NCBI GenBank assembly: GCA_963801545.1
Contig: CAWDFF010000042.1
Location: 79,964 to 143,963 of the forward strand
DNA: 64,000 bases
Direction: 5' to 3'
Origin: Terriglobia bacterium
GTDB lineage: Bacteria; Acidobacteriota; Terriglobia; Terriglobales; Acidobacteriaceae
Below the pieces are notes generated by a model. The model did not search any database and was not told the origin of the DNA. It saw only the letters and a program-made list of their open reading frames with translations. A program made the position numbers and the translations under genes. This document shows, piece by piece, positions 39,179 to 48,047 of the stretch; position 1 is the first letter of the stretch; every line of letters begins with the position of its first letter.

Positions 39179-40489
39179 TCATCCGACCTCTTCACTCCAG
39201 TTTTCGAGCGTCTTCTTGACCTGGGCCATGAACTGGTCGGCGACAGCGCCGTCAATGATGCGGTGGTCATAGCCAAGGGTCAAATGAACCAGCGAGCGGA
39301 TGGCGATGGAGTCATTGCCATCATCGTCGGTGACCACGACCGGCGCCTTGGTAATTCCGCCCACACCCATAATGGCCGAGTTCGGCTGGTTGATGATGGG
39401 CAGCCCAAAGACCGCGCCGAACTGACCCGGATTAGTGATGGTGAAGGTGGAGCCTTCCACTTCGTCGGGTTTGAGTTTCTTGGTGCGGGCACGCTCGCCC
39501 AGATCGCTGATGCCGCGCTGAAGACCTAGAAAATTGAGTTCATCGGCATTCTTCAGTACCGGAACGATGAGGCCCCAGTCGAGCGCAACCGCGATGCCGA
39601 GGTTGATGTGGCGATGGTAGCGGATGCTCTCACCTTCGATCGAAGCGTTGACGATAGGAAACTGCTGGAGCGTAATCATGGCGGCGCGTGCGAAAAAGGG
39701 CATGAAGGTCAGACGCGCGCCGTGCCGTTTTTCGAACCCCGACTTGGTCTTATTGCGCAGGTTGACGATACGCGTGAGATCCACCTCGAACATGCAGTGG
39801 ACGTGAGCGCTGGTACGGCGCGATTCGATCATGCGGTGCGCAATGATTTTGCGCATTTGCGTCATCGGCACCAGATCGCCGGGAATGGAAGCGGGGGCAG
39901 GCGTGGCGGCGCTACCGGACTTCGCCGCAGGAGCGGGCGCAGAAGGCGTCGTCGAGGCGGCCGGAGAGGCCTGACTGCGATCGAGAAACGCTGTGATGTC
40001 CTGCTTGGTGATGCGTCCGCCGAGCCCGGTGCCGGGCACTTGTGCAAGGTTAATGTTGTGTTCGCGCGCGATCTTACGGACCAGCGGCGACGAGCGGGCG
40101 TGATCCTCTTCTTCTTCCGGTTGTGAAATCTGCGCCACTGGCTTGGATTCAACGGCCTGGGCAGGCGGTTTGGCCGAGAGCGCTTCCTTTTTCGGCGGGG
40201 CTGACGGCGCCGGCGCGGCCGCGGGCGCGGATTTGGGGGCAGGACTCTCGCCATCCCCGGAAATGGTACCCACCACGGTATTTACCTGAACGGTTGAGCC
40301 TTCGGCTACCTTAATGTCCTGCAGGATGCCGGCGGCTGGAGCGGGAATTTCAGCATCCACTTTATCGGTGGAAATTTCAAAGAGCGGCTCGTCGCGCTGC
40401 ACCTTGTCACCGGGCTTCTTCAGCCATTTGGTGATTGTGCCCTCAAAGATCGATTCCCCCATCTGGGGCATGACGATATCAGTCGGCAT
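39179..40489 (-). CDS. 2-oxoacid dehydrogenase E2 (dihydrolipoamide acyltransferase)
   Basis: Lipoyl domain (EISTDKVDAEIPAP), E3-binding domain (SPLVRKIAREHNINL) and catalytic DHRIIDGA. Confidence 0.95.
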   Translation of the reverse strand: MPTDIVMPQMGESIFEGTITKWLKKPGDKVQRDEPLFEISTDKVDAEIPAPAAGILQDIKVAEGSTVQVNTVVGTISGDGESPAPKSAPAAAPAPSAPPKKEALSAKPPAQAVESKPVAQISQPEEEEDHARSSPLVRKIAREHNINLAQVPGTGLGGRITKQDITAFLDRSQASPAASTTPSAPAPAAKSGSAATPAPASIPGDLVPMTQMRKIIAHRMIESRRTSAHVHCMFEVDLTRIVNLRNKTKSGFEKRHGARLTFMPFFARAAMITLQQFPIVNASIEGESIRYHRHINLGIAVALDWGLIVPVLKNADELNFLGLQRGISDLGERARTKKLKPDEVEGSTFTITNPGQFGAVFGLPIINQPNSAIMGVGGITKAPVVVTDDDGNDSIAIRSLVHLTLGYDHRIIDGAVADQFMAQVKKTLENWSEEVG

Positions 40490-40568
40490 AATTCCCTTCC
40501 ACGCGCTCAGGCACGCAAACTCATATTATATATATCCGGCTGTGGCTCACCCCTTTTCAAGTCCATCT

Positions 40569-41132
40569 CTAATCGTGATGTGGACCGTGCTCAGCCCCTT
40601 CCGGGGCGGGGGCGGGTGGCGCCGCGCCAATGGACTTCTTCCAGTAATCCTGCACGGCGGGAGGCAGCTTTTCGATGCGCGATAGGAAAGCGGTGACCTT
40701 CCACATCTCCTCATCGCTCAAGGCCTTGTTCCAGGCGGGCATGCCAGTGTAGCGAATACCGGTACGAACGGCATAGTAGATGTGCCACTCGGGATCATCC
40801 AGCGGATGCATAATCAGCTGCGGAGGCGGAGGATAGAATGATTTCTGCAGCACACTGGGTTTACTGTCCAGCCCACCATGACAGGAGGCGCAGTTCATGG
40901 TGTAAATTTTCATTCCGTCGATCAGGTTGTCGTCGGTTGGCGGCACCGGGTTGGTCACGCGGGGGGCGTGGCGCTCCATAGAGGCATCCATGGCGGTCAT
41001 GGCGATGCGGCGCTCGATTCGGGGCGGACTGGAATCAGCGTTGGTGGGCAACAGGCCGAGCATGGCAATGGCCAGTCCTCCCAAACCAAGCAGAAGCAAG
41101 GTAACGATGACGCCGACAATGAAATTGCGCAT
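40569..41132 (-). CDS. membrane-anchored monohaem c-type cytochrome
   Basis: N-terminal TM, CASCH haem motif and distal YTGMPAW Met ligand. Confidence 0.8.
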   Translation of the reverse strand: MRNFIVGVIVTLLLLGLGGLAIAMLGLLPTNADSSPPRIERRIAMTAMDASMERHAPRVTNPVPPTDDNLIDGMKIYTMNCASCHGGLDSKPSVLQKSFYPPPPQLIMHPLDDPEWHIYYAVRTGIRYTGMPAWNKALSDEEMWKVTAFLSRIEKLPPAVQDYWKKSIGAAPPAPAPEGAEHGPHHD

Positions 41133-41173
41133 TTTCTGCCTCCTATCGACCCTAAAGTTTTTAGAAGACGCGG

Positions 41174-41416
41174 CTATGGATTGTCCAGCGGAACGGTGTG
41201 ACGCAGCACGGCGAGAGCATCCTGCGCTTCCGATTCACGCACCTGCAGCTTGATCCCGCCAAAAACATGCGAATGCCAACCACCGATACGGAGCATATTT
41301 TCATCATACGCGAAGCATTCGATATCGGCCGACTCAAGACGCGTGCGGGCCAGAAGAAATTCTGGCTGGTTGTGAAACACAGCGATGGTGACGAGGGTTT
41401 CGTGCATGTTGTTCAC
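41174..41416 (-). CDS. DUF2007 (putative signal-transducing) small protein
   Basis: 80-aa ORF with the pattern LARTRLESADIECF...LQVRESEAQDALAVL (from memory). Confidence 0.6.
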   Translation of the reverse strand: MNNMHETLVTIAVFHNQPEFLLARTRLESADIECFAYDENMLRIGGWHSHVFGGIKLQVRESEAQDALAVLRHTVPLDNP

Positions 41417-41468
41417 TGCCTAGCTTTGCTCGGCCGGATGGGCCGGGGGCGGTTGTCCCTACGTGGCC

Positions 41469-42443
41469 TCAGTATGCCTTCAGCCGTCGCGCCTCCCGCA
41501 ACACGTCGCTCACTTTAGGCAAGAAGTACTCCTCTTGCGGCGGCGAGAACGGTACCGGGGAATCCTGTGCGGCGATGCGGACGATCGGTCCGTCGAGATC
41601 GTCGAACGCCTCTTCGTTTATGATGGCCGCGATTTCTCCAGCCATGCCTCCGGTGCGCGAGTGCTCGTGCAAAATAATCACCTTGTTGGTCTTGCGAACC
41701 GTGTGAGCGATGGCTTCACGATCCAGCGGAGAGAGGGTGCGCAAGTCCAGAACTTCGACTTCAATTCCTTCCCTGCTTAGGGTTTCGGCTGCTTCCAGCG
41801 CGGTATAAACCATGGCGGCATAAGTAATGATGCTGAGATCACTGCCTTCACGGGCGATGCGAGCCTTGCCCAGCGGCACCGTATAGTCTTCGACGGGAAC
41901 CTCTTCTTTGATACGGCGGTAAAGATATTTGTGCTCGAAGAAGATGACGGGGTTGTTGTCGCGAATGGCGGATTTTATCAGGCCCTTGGCGTCGTAAGCA
42001 CTAGCCGGGCAAACCACTTTCATGCCGGGCGCATGCACGAACCACATCTCCGGATTCTGGGAGTGGAATGGACCGCCGTGAACGTTGCCGCCGCTGGGCC
42101 CGCGGATGACCAGCGGCGCGGGTGCGCCCCAGCGGTAGTGGGATTTAGCCGCCATGTTGACGATCTGATTGAAAGCGCAGCCGATGAAATCCATGAACTG
42201 GAACTCCGCGACCGGACGCAGCCCGGTGAGCGAAGCTCCGAAAGCCGCACCTACGATTGCCGATTCCGCGATGGGCGTGTCAATGACTCGCTCGGGGCCG
42301 AAGCGGTCAATGAAGCCATCCGTGACTTTGAATGCTCCACCGTAAATGCCGATGTCTTCGCCGATGCAGAAGACCGTGGGATCGCGTTCCATTTCTTCCC
42401 AGATGCCCTGGCGGATGGCTTCGAGATAGGTGAGTTGGGGCAT
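41469..42443 (-). CDS. 2-oxoacid dehydrogenase E1 beta subunit
   Basis: 324-aa ORF with the transketolase-like pyrimidine-binding pattern (GEDIGIYGGAFKVT, DTPIAESAIVG). Confidence 0.95.
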   Translation of the reverse strand: MPQLTYLEAIRQGIWEEMERDPTVFCIGEDIGIYGGAFKVTDGFIDRFGPERVIDTPIAESAIVGAAFGASLTGLRPVAEFQFMDFIGCAFNQIVNMAAKSHYRWGAPAPLVIRGPSGGNVHGGPFHSQNPEMWFVHAPGMKVVCPASAYDAKGLIKSAIRDNNPVIFFEHKYLYRRIKEEVPVEDYTVPLGKARIAREGSDLSIITYAAMVYTALEAAETLSREGIEVEVLDLRTLSPLDREAIAHTVRKTNKVIILHEHSRTGGMAGEIAAIINEEAFDDLDGPIVRIAAQDSPVPFSPPQEEYFLPKVSDVLREARRLKAY

Positions 42444-42462
42444 AGCGTTTTTCTGACGGCGA

Positions 42463-43743
42463 TCACTTCAAATGCACGGCTGCTTCGGTGTGTCGAAGAA
42501 CCGCAGAATTTCCCCGTTTTGCTTTTGGTGTTCCGTACTTCGGTTTAATCGTGTGGCATCCGTTATCGCAATAGACACCCCCAGCTGCGGACTCGGGGGT
42601 GGGCATGGGGCTGGCGACTGCAAATTCGCGGTCAGCCTCCAATTGCTGATCGACACCAGATATCAGTTCTCTGTTCTCAGTTGAAGTGAGCCACTTCTTT
42701 ACGTTCAGTAAATAGTTTTCGAAACGGGCGATCGGGTCGCGTCGGGTCCAGTATTCGAAAAGCGGCTTGGGGACATAGTCGGCCGCGTCGTGGATGGCGT
42801 GGCCTTTCATGCGCATCATTTTGGCTTCGATGAGAGTCGGGCCTTCGCCGCGGCGAGCGCGTTCGCAGGCTTCGTGCGCGGCGTCGTAGACCTGGCAGGC
42901 ATCGGTGCCGTCCACGATCACACCGGGAATGCCGTAGGCGATCGCCCGCTCGGCCAGATCTTTCACCCGGAACTGCATATCAGCCGGCGTCGAGTAGGCC
43001 CATAGATTGTTTTCGACGAAGAGGACCAGGCCGAGATCCTGGACGGCCGCGAAGTTCAAACCCTCGTAGGTGACGCCGGTGGACTGGCCGCCATCGCCAA
43101 TGTACGTCATCACGGCGATGTTACGGCCCTGGAGGCGCGCACCCAGAGCCACGCCGGCTAGAACAGGAATCAGATCACCCAGAGTTGAAATGGGTGCGAC
43201 CACATTGCGGTCCTGAATATCACCGAAGTGCGACGACGCGTCGCGACCACCAGTGGGCGACCCGGCCTTGGCCATGTACTGCATCATGATGTCGCGAGGG
43301 GAGAAGCCACGGACCAGCGTCGCTCCCTGATTGCGGATCAGGGGTCCCAGCCAGTCTTCCTTATGCAGGGCGTAAGCCGAGGCACAGGAGCAGGCTTCCT
43401 GACCAAGTCCGAAATACACGCCACCAACAACCTTGCCCTGCTTGTAGAGATTTTCGAGCGCGATCTCCATCTTGCGATTGAGCAGCATCCAGCGGTAGAT
43501 CTCGATGCACTGTTTCCGGCTGAGATATTTCGATTCGCGAATGGGTGGGACAGGAGCGCTGAAGTCGCCGCTGACCTGGTAGCTGACGGCACCGCCTTTG
43601 CGAACCTGGCGGATAGTGAAGGCGGGTTTTTCCAGGCGGTAGTCGGGGATCGTATACGTGCGCCGATTGGCGCTAGCGAGGTCAGTGCCAGGGCGGCTTC
43701 CACTGGCCTTCACGGTGATTTGCTTTTTTTTCTTCTTCGCCAT
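42463..43743 (-). CDS. 2-oxoacid dehydrogenase E1 alpha subunit (TPP-binding), with Lys-rich N-terminal extension
   Basis: TPP motif GDGGQSTGVTYEGLNFAAV. The likely start is MAKKKKKQ (ATG rc at 43741-43743), since the track start overlaps lipB. Confidence 0.9.
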   Translation of the reverse strand: MAKKKKKQITVKASGSRPGTDLASANRRTYTIPDYRLEKPAFTIRQVRKGGAVSYQVSGDFSAPVPPIRESKYLSRKQCIEIYRWMLLNRKMEIALENLYKQGKVVGGVYFGLGQEACSCASAYALHKEDWLGPLIRNQGATLVRGFSPRDIMMQYMAKAGSPTGGRDASSHFGDIQDRNVVAPISTLGDLIPVLAGVALGARLQGRNIAVMTYIGDGGQSTGVTYEGLNFAAVQDLGLVLFVENNLWAYSTPADMQFRVKDLAERAIAYGIPGVIVDGTDACQVYDAAHEACERARRGEGPTLIEAKMMRMKGHAIHDAADYVPKPLFEYWTRRDPIARFENYLLNVKKWLTSTENRELISGVDQQLEADREFAVASPMPTPESAAGGVYCDNGCHTIKPKYGTPKAKRGNSAVLRHTEAAVHLK

Positions 43744-43748
43744 AGCGG

Positions 43749-44630
43749 CTAGGCCCAGAACGTATCTTCCTTTTGTTCCTGCTTTTGTTCCTGGTGCAGC
43801 TGGCGCAATTCTTCCGGCGTTTTTAGCGGTACGCCGACCGAGTGTCCGAGGACTGCGTCCAGATTCTCCAGCCAAAGCATTGGGCTGCTGAAAATCAAGC
43901 CAAAGTTGCGAGAGATTGAGTGCGCGACATCCTGCAATGAGACTTGTTTGCCCAGCTCTTTCGTCATGGACGTGACCGGCTTTGCGGTAATGCCACAGGG
44001 GACGATGAGATCGAAGAAACTGAGGTCGGGGTTCACGTTCAAGGCGAAGCCGTGGGAAGTCACACTGCGGGAAATGTGGACACCGATGGCGGCGATCTTG
44101 GCTTCGTCTTTTTTGTCCCCATCTTTTTCATCTTTGATAAGGCCCAGGCGAGTCTCCGACTCGCCCTGCCCGGGTCGAAGACCCGGGCCCACACGGTCTG
44201 GGTCGGTCCAGACGCCGGTGAGGCCGCAGATCCGCTTGGCTGGAAGTCCGAAATCCGCACAGGTGCGGATGAGGGCTTCTTCCAGGCGGCGCACATATTC
44301 GATCGCGCCCAGTGTTTTGCGCTTGCCATCAGGAGTGTCGAATCCGCGAAGGTCGAAGATGGGGTAGCCGACGAGCTGTCCGGGGCCGTGGAAAGTGACA
44401 TCCCCCCCACGGTCGCATTCGAACACTTCTACTCCACGCTGGGCAAGGAACGCCGGCGAAGCAAGAATGTTTTCCCGGTTTGCGTTGCGGCCCAGGGTAA
44501 TGACTGCCGAATGTTCGAGGAGGAGAAGAACGTCGCCGATGCGGCCTTCCTTGCGCAGTTCCACCAGGCGCTGTTGCAGGCGCAGGCCGGTAGAGTAGTC
44601 AATCGTGCCGAGTTGGAGGACAGAAATCAA
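43749..44630 (-). CDS. lipB: octanoyltransferase LipB (with internal repeat-derived insertion and C-terminal extension)
   Basis: LLLEHSAVITLGR, RGGDVTFHGPGQLVGYP and KIAAIGVHISRSVTSHGFALNV motifs. TTG start. Confidence 0.9.
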   Translation of the reverse strand: MISVLQLGTIDYSTGLRLQQRLVELRKEGRIGDVLLLLEHSAVITLGRNANRENILASPAFLAQRGVEVFECDRGGDVTFHGPGQLVGYPIFDLRGFDTPDGKRKTLGAIEYVRRLEEALIRTCADFGLPAKRICGLTGVWTDPDRVGPGLRPGQGESETRLGLIKDEKDGDKKDEAKIAAIGVHISRSVTSHGFALNVNPDLSFFDLIVPCGITAKPVTSMTKELGKQVSLQDVAHSISRNFGLIFSSPMLWLENLDAVLGHSVGVPLKTPEELRQLHQEQKQEQKEDTFWA

Positions 44631-44635
44631 GGGGC

Positions 44636-44718
44636 GATTGGGTAATTGAGTAATTTGGTAATTTGTAATTTAAGACCACATAGTTTTTCAAATTACCCAA
44701 TTATCAAATTACTCAATT
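44636..44718. repeat. AT-rich heptamer-repeat hairpin between lpdA and lipB
   Basis: GGTAATT GAGTAAT TTGGTAA TTTGTAA arm at 44636-44671. Its complement CAAATTACCCAATTATCAAATTACTCAATT lies at 44689-44718. Confidence 0.8.
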
Positions 44719-44720
44719 TG

Positions 44721-46136
44721 TTAGGCGTTAATTGCCATTCCGTACACGCTGTTCGAGGCATCGAGCATGGCTTCAGCCAGCGTGGGATGGGCATGAATTG
44801 TCCACATCAAATCCTCGACCGTAGCTTCGAGTTCGATTGCGACCACCGCTTCGGCGATCAACTCAGTCGCCTGCGGGCCAATGATGTGCACTCCCAGAAT
44901 CTCGCCGTAGTCGGCGTCGGAGACGATCTTAATGAAGCCCTCATGCTGGCCCACGATGGAAGCGCGCGAGTTCGCACTGAATGGGAACTTGCCAACTTTG
45001 ATGTTGTAACCGGCCTCTTCCGCCTTGACCTCGGTCAAGCCCACGCTGCCAATCTCAGGATGGCAGTAGGTCGCGTTGGGAATGTGCTCCGGGTTGATCG
45101 GCTTGCCGGGCTTGCCCGCGATTTTAGTAACGGCGACAATGCCTTCCATCGCGCCAACGTGCGCCAGTTGCGGAGTGCCGAGCACAATGTCGCCGATGGC
45201 ATAGACGCCAGGCTCGCTGGTCTGCATCCAGCTATCGGTCTTGATGAATCCGCGGTCGGGCTTGATTTTCGTTTTCTCCAGACCGATATTCTCTGTCCGC
45301 GGCTTGCGGCCAACCGCGATCAGGATTCTCTCGGTTTCGAGTTTCTGCGGTTTGCCATCCACACTAAACGTGACCGAGACGCCCGCCTTGGTCTTTTCAA
45401 TTTTGTCCACTTTGGCGCCGGTGTGGAAGTTGATGCCGCGCTTGCGGTAGACGCGTGCCAACTCCTTGGAGATTTCATCGTCTTCGATGGGAACGAGCCG
45501 GGGCAGCATTTCAATGATGGTGACCTCCGCGCCGAAAGAGCGAAAGATGGACGCGAACTCCACGCCCACAGCCCCGGCACCAACAATCACCAGCGACTTG
45601 GGAATGTCCTTGAGCGAGAGAATTTCGATGTTGGTTAGTATGCGGTCGCCGGGCTCGAGGCCGGGCAGCATGCGGGCTTCAGAACCGGTGCAGAGAATCA
45701 CATTTTTCGCTCTGATCTGCTTAGTCTTGCTGTCGGCACTGACTTCGACGGTCAGCACGCCGGTTTGCGCCGGGCCGGTTAGTTTGCCGTAGCCTCGGAT
45801 CGTCTCCACCTTGTTCTTCTTCATCAGGAAGTCGAGACCCTTGGTGTGCTTGGCTACGATCTTCGATTTGCGCTCCTGGACTGCCGCCCAATTCAGCTTG
45901 CGTTCGTCAACGCCTTCGATGCCGAATTCCTTAGCATCTTTCAGGTGGTCCCAGAGTTCGGCATTGAACAACAGAGCCTTGGTCGGAATGCAGCCCACGT
46001 GCAGGCAGGTACCGCCGAGGACGTTGTCTTTTTCGATGAGAGCGGTTTTCAGGCCGTATTGGCCGGCGCGGATCGCGGCCGTGTATCCCGCCGGACCGCT
46101 GCCGATGATCGCAATGTCGTAGATAGTTTCAGACAA
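44721..46136 (-). CDS. lpdA: dihydrolipoyl dehydrogenase (E3)
   Basis: GSGPAGYTAAIRA FAD motif, redox disulfide GGTCLHVGCIPTK and C-terminal HAHPTLAE. Confidence 0.95.
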   Translation of the reverse strand: MSETIYDIAIIGSGPAGYTAAIRAGQYGLKTALIEKDNVLGGTCLHVGCIPTKALLFNAELWDHLKDAKEFGIEGVDERKLNWAAVQERKSKIVAKHTKGLDFLMKKNKVETIRGYGKLTGPAQTGVLTVEVSADSKTKQIRAKNVILCTGSEARMLPGLEPGDRILTNIEILSLKDIPKSLVIVGAGAVGVEFASIFRSFGAEVTIIEMLPRLVPIEDDEISKELARVYRKRGINFHTGAKVDKIEKTKAGVSVTFSVDGKPQKLETERILIAVGRKPRTENIGLEKTKIKPDRGFIKTDSWMQTSEPGVYAIGDIVLGTPQLAHVGAMEGIVAVTKIAGKPGKPINPEHIPNATYCHPEIGSVGLTEVKAEEAGYNIKVGKFPFSANSRASIVGQHEGFIKIVSDADYGEILGVHIIGPQATELIAEAVVAIELEATVEDLMWTIHAHPTLAEAMLDASNSVYGMAINA

Positions 46137-46145
46137 GTTACAGAC

Positions 46146-46200
46146 CTCTGTATGAAAGAGATGATGTTGAGCAAACGTTTGATTCTAGATCAGCGAGAGG
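46146..46200. repeat. 55-bp leader-region repeat, copy 1 (upstream of lpdA)
   Basis: CTCTGTATGAAAGAGATGATGTTGAGCAAACGTTTGATTCTAGATCAGCGAGAGG, about 90 percent identical to 46507-46561. Confidence 0.8.
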
Positions 46201-46220
46201 GAATGACCAAACTCCAGTGA

Positions 46221-46535
46221 TTACTTTGCTTTGGTCCGGCGGAATTCCCAGATGAATCCAATCAGGAATATTAGAGTGCCGGCCGCCCATGCCACTGGCC
46301 ACCTTGCAAGGCCGATGGGATCCCACCCGGCCACCTCGTTCCCGAAAGGCTTGTAGACGATCCGGAGGTATATGGCCATAACAAAGGGGAGCAGCATGAT
46401 TGCGAGGAGGACGGCTGCGAGTCCGGCTACAAGGCTCTTGGCGTAGATCACAAGGTATCTTCTGGAACCAGCGTTCCCGGAACCGCCGAACTTCGCTCGG
46501 CCTGGACTCTGTATGAAAGAAATGACGTTGAGCAA
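46221..46535 (-). CDS. hypothetical small membrane protein
   Basis: 104-aa ORF with two predicted TM helices. Its first ~9 codons lie in the 55-bp repeat, so the true start may be an internal GTG. Confidence 0.45.
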   Translation of the reverse strand: MLNVISFIQSPGRAKFGGSGNAGSRRYLVIYAKSLVAGLAAVLLAIMLLPFVMAIYLRIVYKPFGNEVAGWDPIGLARWPVAWAAGTLIFLIGFIWEFRRTKAK

Positions 46536-46561
46536 ACGTCTGATTCTAGAACAGGGAGAGG
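46507..46561. repeat. 55-bp leader-region repeat, copy 2
   Basis: CTCTGTATGAAAGAAATGACGTTGAGCAAACGTCTGATTCTAGAACAGGGAGAGG. Confidence 0.8.
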
Positions 46562-46671
46562 CAAAGTTGCGACAGCGGCAATGCAGCTTGACTTGTTTCT
46601 CGGCATAAGGCGCATAATTAACGGGAACTTCCAGCCTGCGTTGGACGTAACATTGGCTGGAGGAGGTCTCT

Positions 46672-46893
46672 ATGCACGTCTTTGGGTTCTTCCTTTTCCC
46701 GGTCTTTGGATTTGGGTTTGTCTTCTATTTCCTGCCCAGCATTGTGGCCCTGCTACGCGAAAGGCACGACAGACTTTCCATCTTTCTTCTCAATCTCTTC
46801 TTAGGATGGAGTTTGATTGGATGGATCGTCGCCCTGGTTTGGGCATGCAAGAATGATCGGGTTGTGTATATCCAGAATCCGCAGCGCTACTAG
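46672..46893 (+). CDS. superinfection immunity (Imm)-family small membrane protein
   Basis: [40 protein letters not shown] matches the Imm_superinfect pattern (from memory). Confidence 0.7.
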   Translation: MHVFGFFLFPVFGFGFVFYFLPSIVALLRERHDRLSIFLLNLFLGWSLIGWIVALVWACKNDRVVYIQNPQRY

Positions 46894-47921
46894 CCCAGCA
46901 ACCGCGCAGCTTCCTTGGCGTAGTAGGTAACGATGATGCTGGCGCCGGCGCGGCGAATGGAGACCAGCGACTCCATCATGACGCGCTCGCGGTCGATCCA
47001 GTTATTGCGGGCCGCGGCTTCGATCATGGCGTACTCCCCTGAAACCTGGTACGCGGCCAATGGCAGATCGAAGCGCTCCCGGGCGGCGGCGATTACATCC
47101 AGATACGGCATCGCGGGCTTGACCATGATCATGTCCGCGCCCTCTTCAATGTCTTGCTCAATCTCCCGCATGGCCTCGCGCAGGTTTGCCCCATCCATCT
47201 GATAGGAACGGCGATCCCCGAACTGGGGCGCAGAGTCGGCAGCCTCGCGAAACGGTCCGTAGAAGCCAGACGCGAATTTGGCTGCATAAGAGAGGATAGG
47301 GGCGTTGGGGAAACCCGCCTCGTCGAGCGCCTTGCGAATGGCCCCAACGCGGCCGTCCATCATGTCCGACGGAGCAACAATGTCCACTCCGGCGCGGACC
47401 AGGGAAACGGAAGTGCGGGCCAGCACCTCCAGGGTTGCGTCATTGAGAATTTCGTAGTCGCCTGTGATCGCAGGAGTGGTGGCCACGGCAGCGCCCAGCG
47501 ATTGCGCGCCGCTACCGGCGCGGACAATGCCGCAGTGTCCGTGAGACATGTACTCGCACAGGCAAACATCACCCAGGATGATGAGGTTGGGAACCTCGCG
47601 CTTGATGGCACGGGCGGCCTGCTGCACAATCCCGTTTTCCGCCCAGGCGCCGGTGGCGACTTCATCTTTGGTCTCCGGTAGGCCAAAGAGGATGATGGCG
47701 GGAACCCCCAACGAGTGGGCCTGATTTGCTTCCCTGACTGCCTCGTCCACCGAAAGATTGAATACGCCCGGCATGGACCGTACTTCCTTCCGCACGCCTT
47801 CGCCGGGACAGACAAATAGTGGATAAACAAAGGCTTCGGGAGTCAGGCGGGTTTCACGCACCAGCCCGCGCAGCTGGTCGTTCTGGCGCAAGCGGCGGAG
47901 GCGTGTGACCGGAAAGGCCAT
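46890..47921 (-). CDS. hemB: porphobilinogen synthase (delta-aminolevulinate dehydratase)
   Basis: 343-aa ORF with [31 protein letters not shown] and IMVKPA motifs. Confidence 0.95.
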   Translation of the reverse strand: MAFPVTRLRRLRQNDQLRGLVRETRLTPEAFVYPLFVCPGEGVRKEVRSMPGVFNLSVDEAVREANQAHSLGVPAIILFGLPETKDEVATGAWAENGIVQQAARAIKREVPNLIILGDVCLCEYMSHGHCGIVRAGSGAQSLGAAVATTPAITGDYEILNDATLEVLARTSVSLVRAGVDIVAPSDMMDGRVGAIRKALDEAGFPNAPILSYAAKFASGFYGPFREAADSAPQFGDRRSYQMDGANLREAMREIEQDIEEGADMIMVKPAMPYLDVIAAARERFDLPLAAYQVSGEYAMIEAAARNNWIDRERVMMESLVSIRRAGASIIVTYYAKEAARLLG

Positions 47922-48047
47922 GGGCCGATTCTAGCAGAGGCGCTTGCTGCGGCTGCCTCAGCTAATACTGCGGGGTACTAAAGTAACGCATTGTCTCTCC
48001 TGAAAGCCCATCGACTGCAAACTCAGCCTCTAGAATGCGGAATATCG

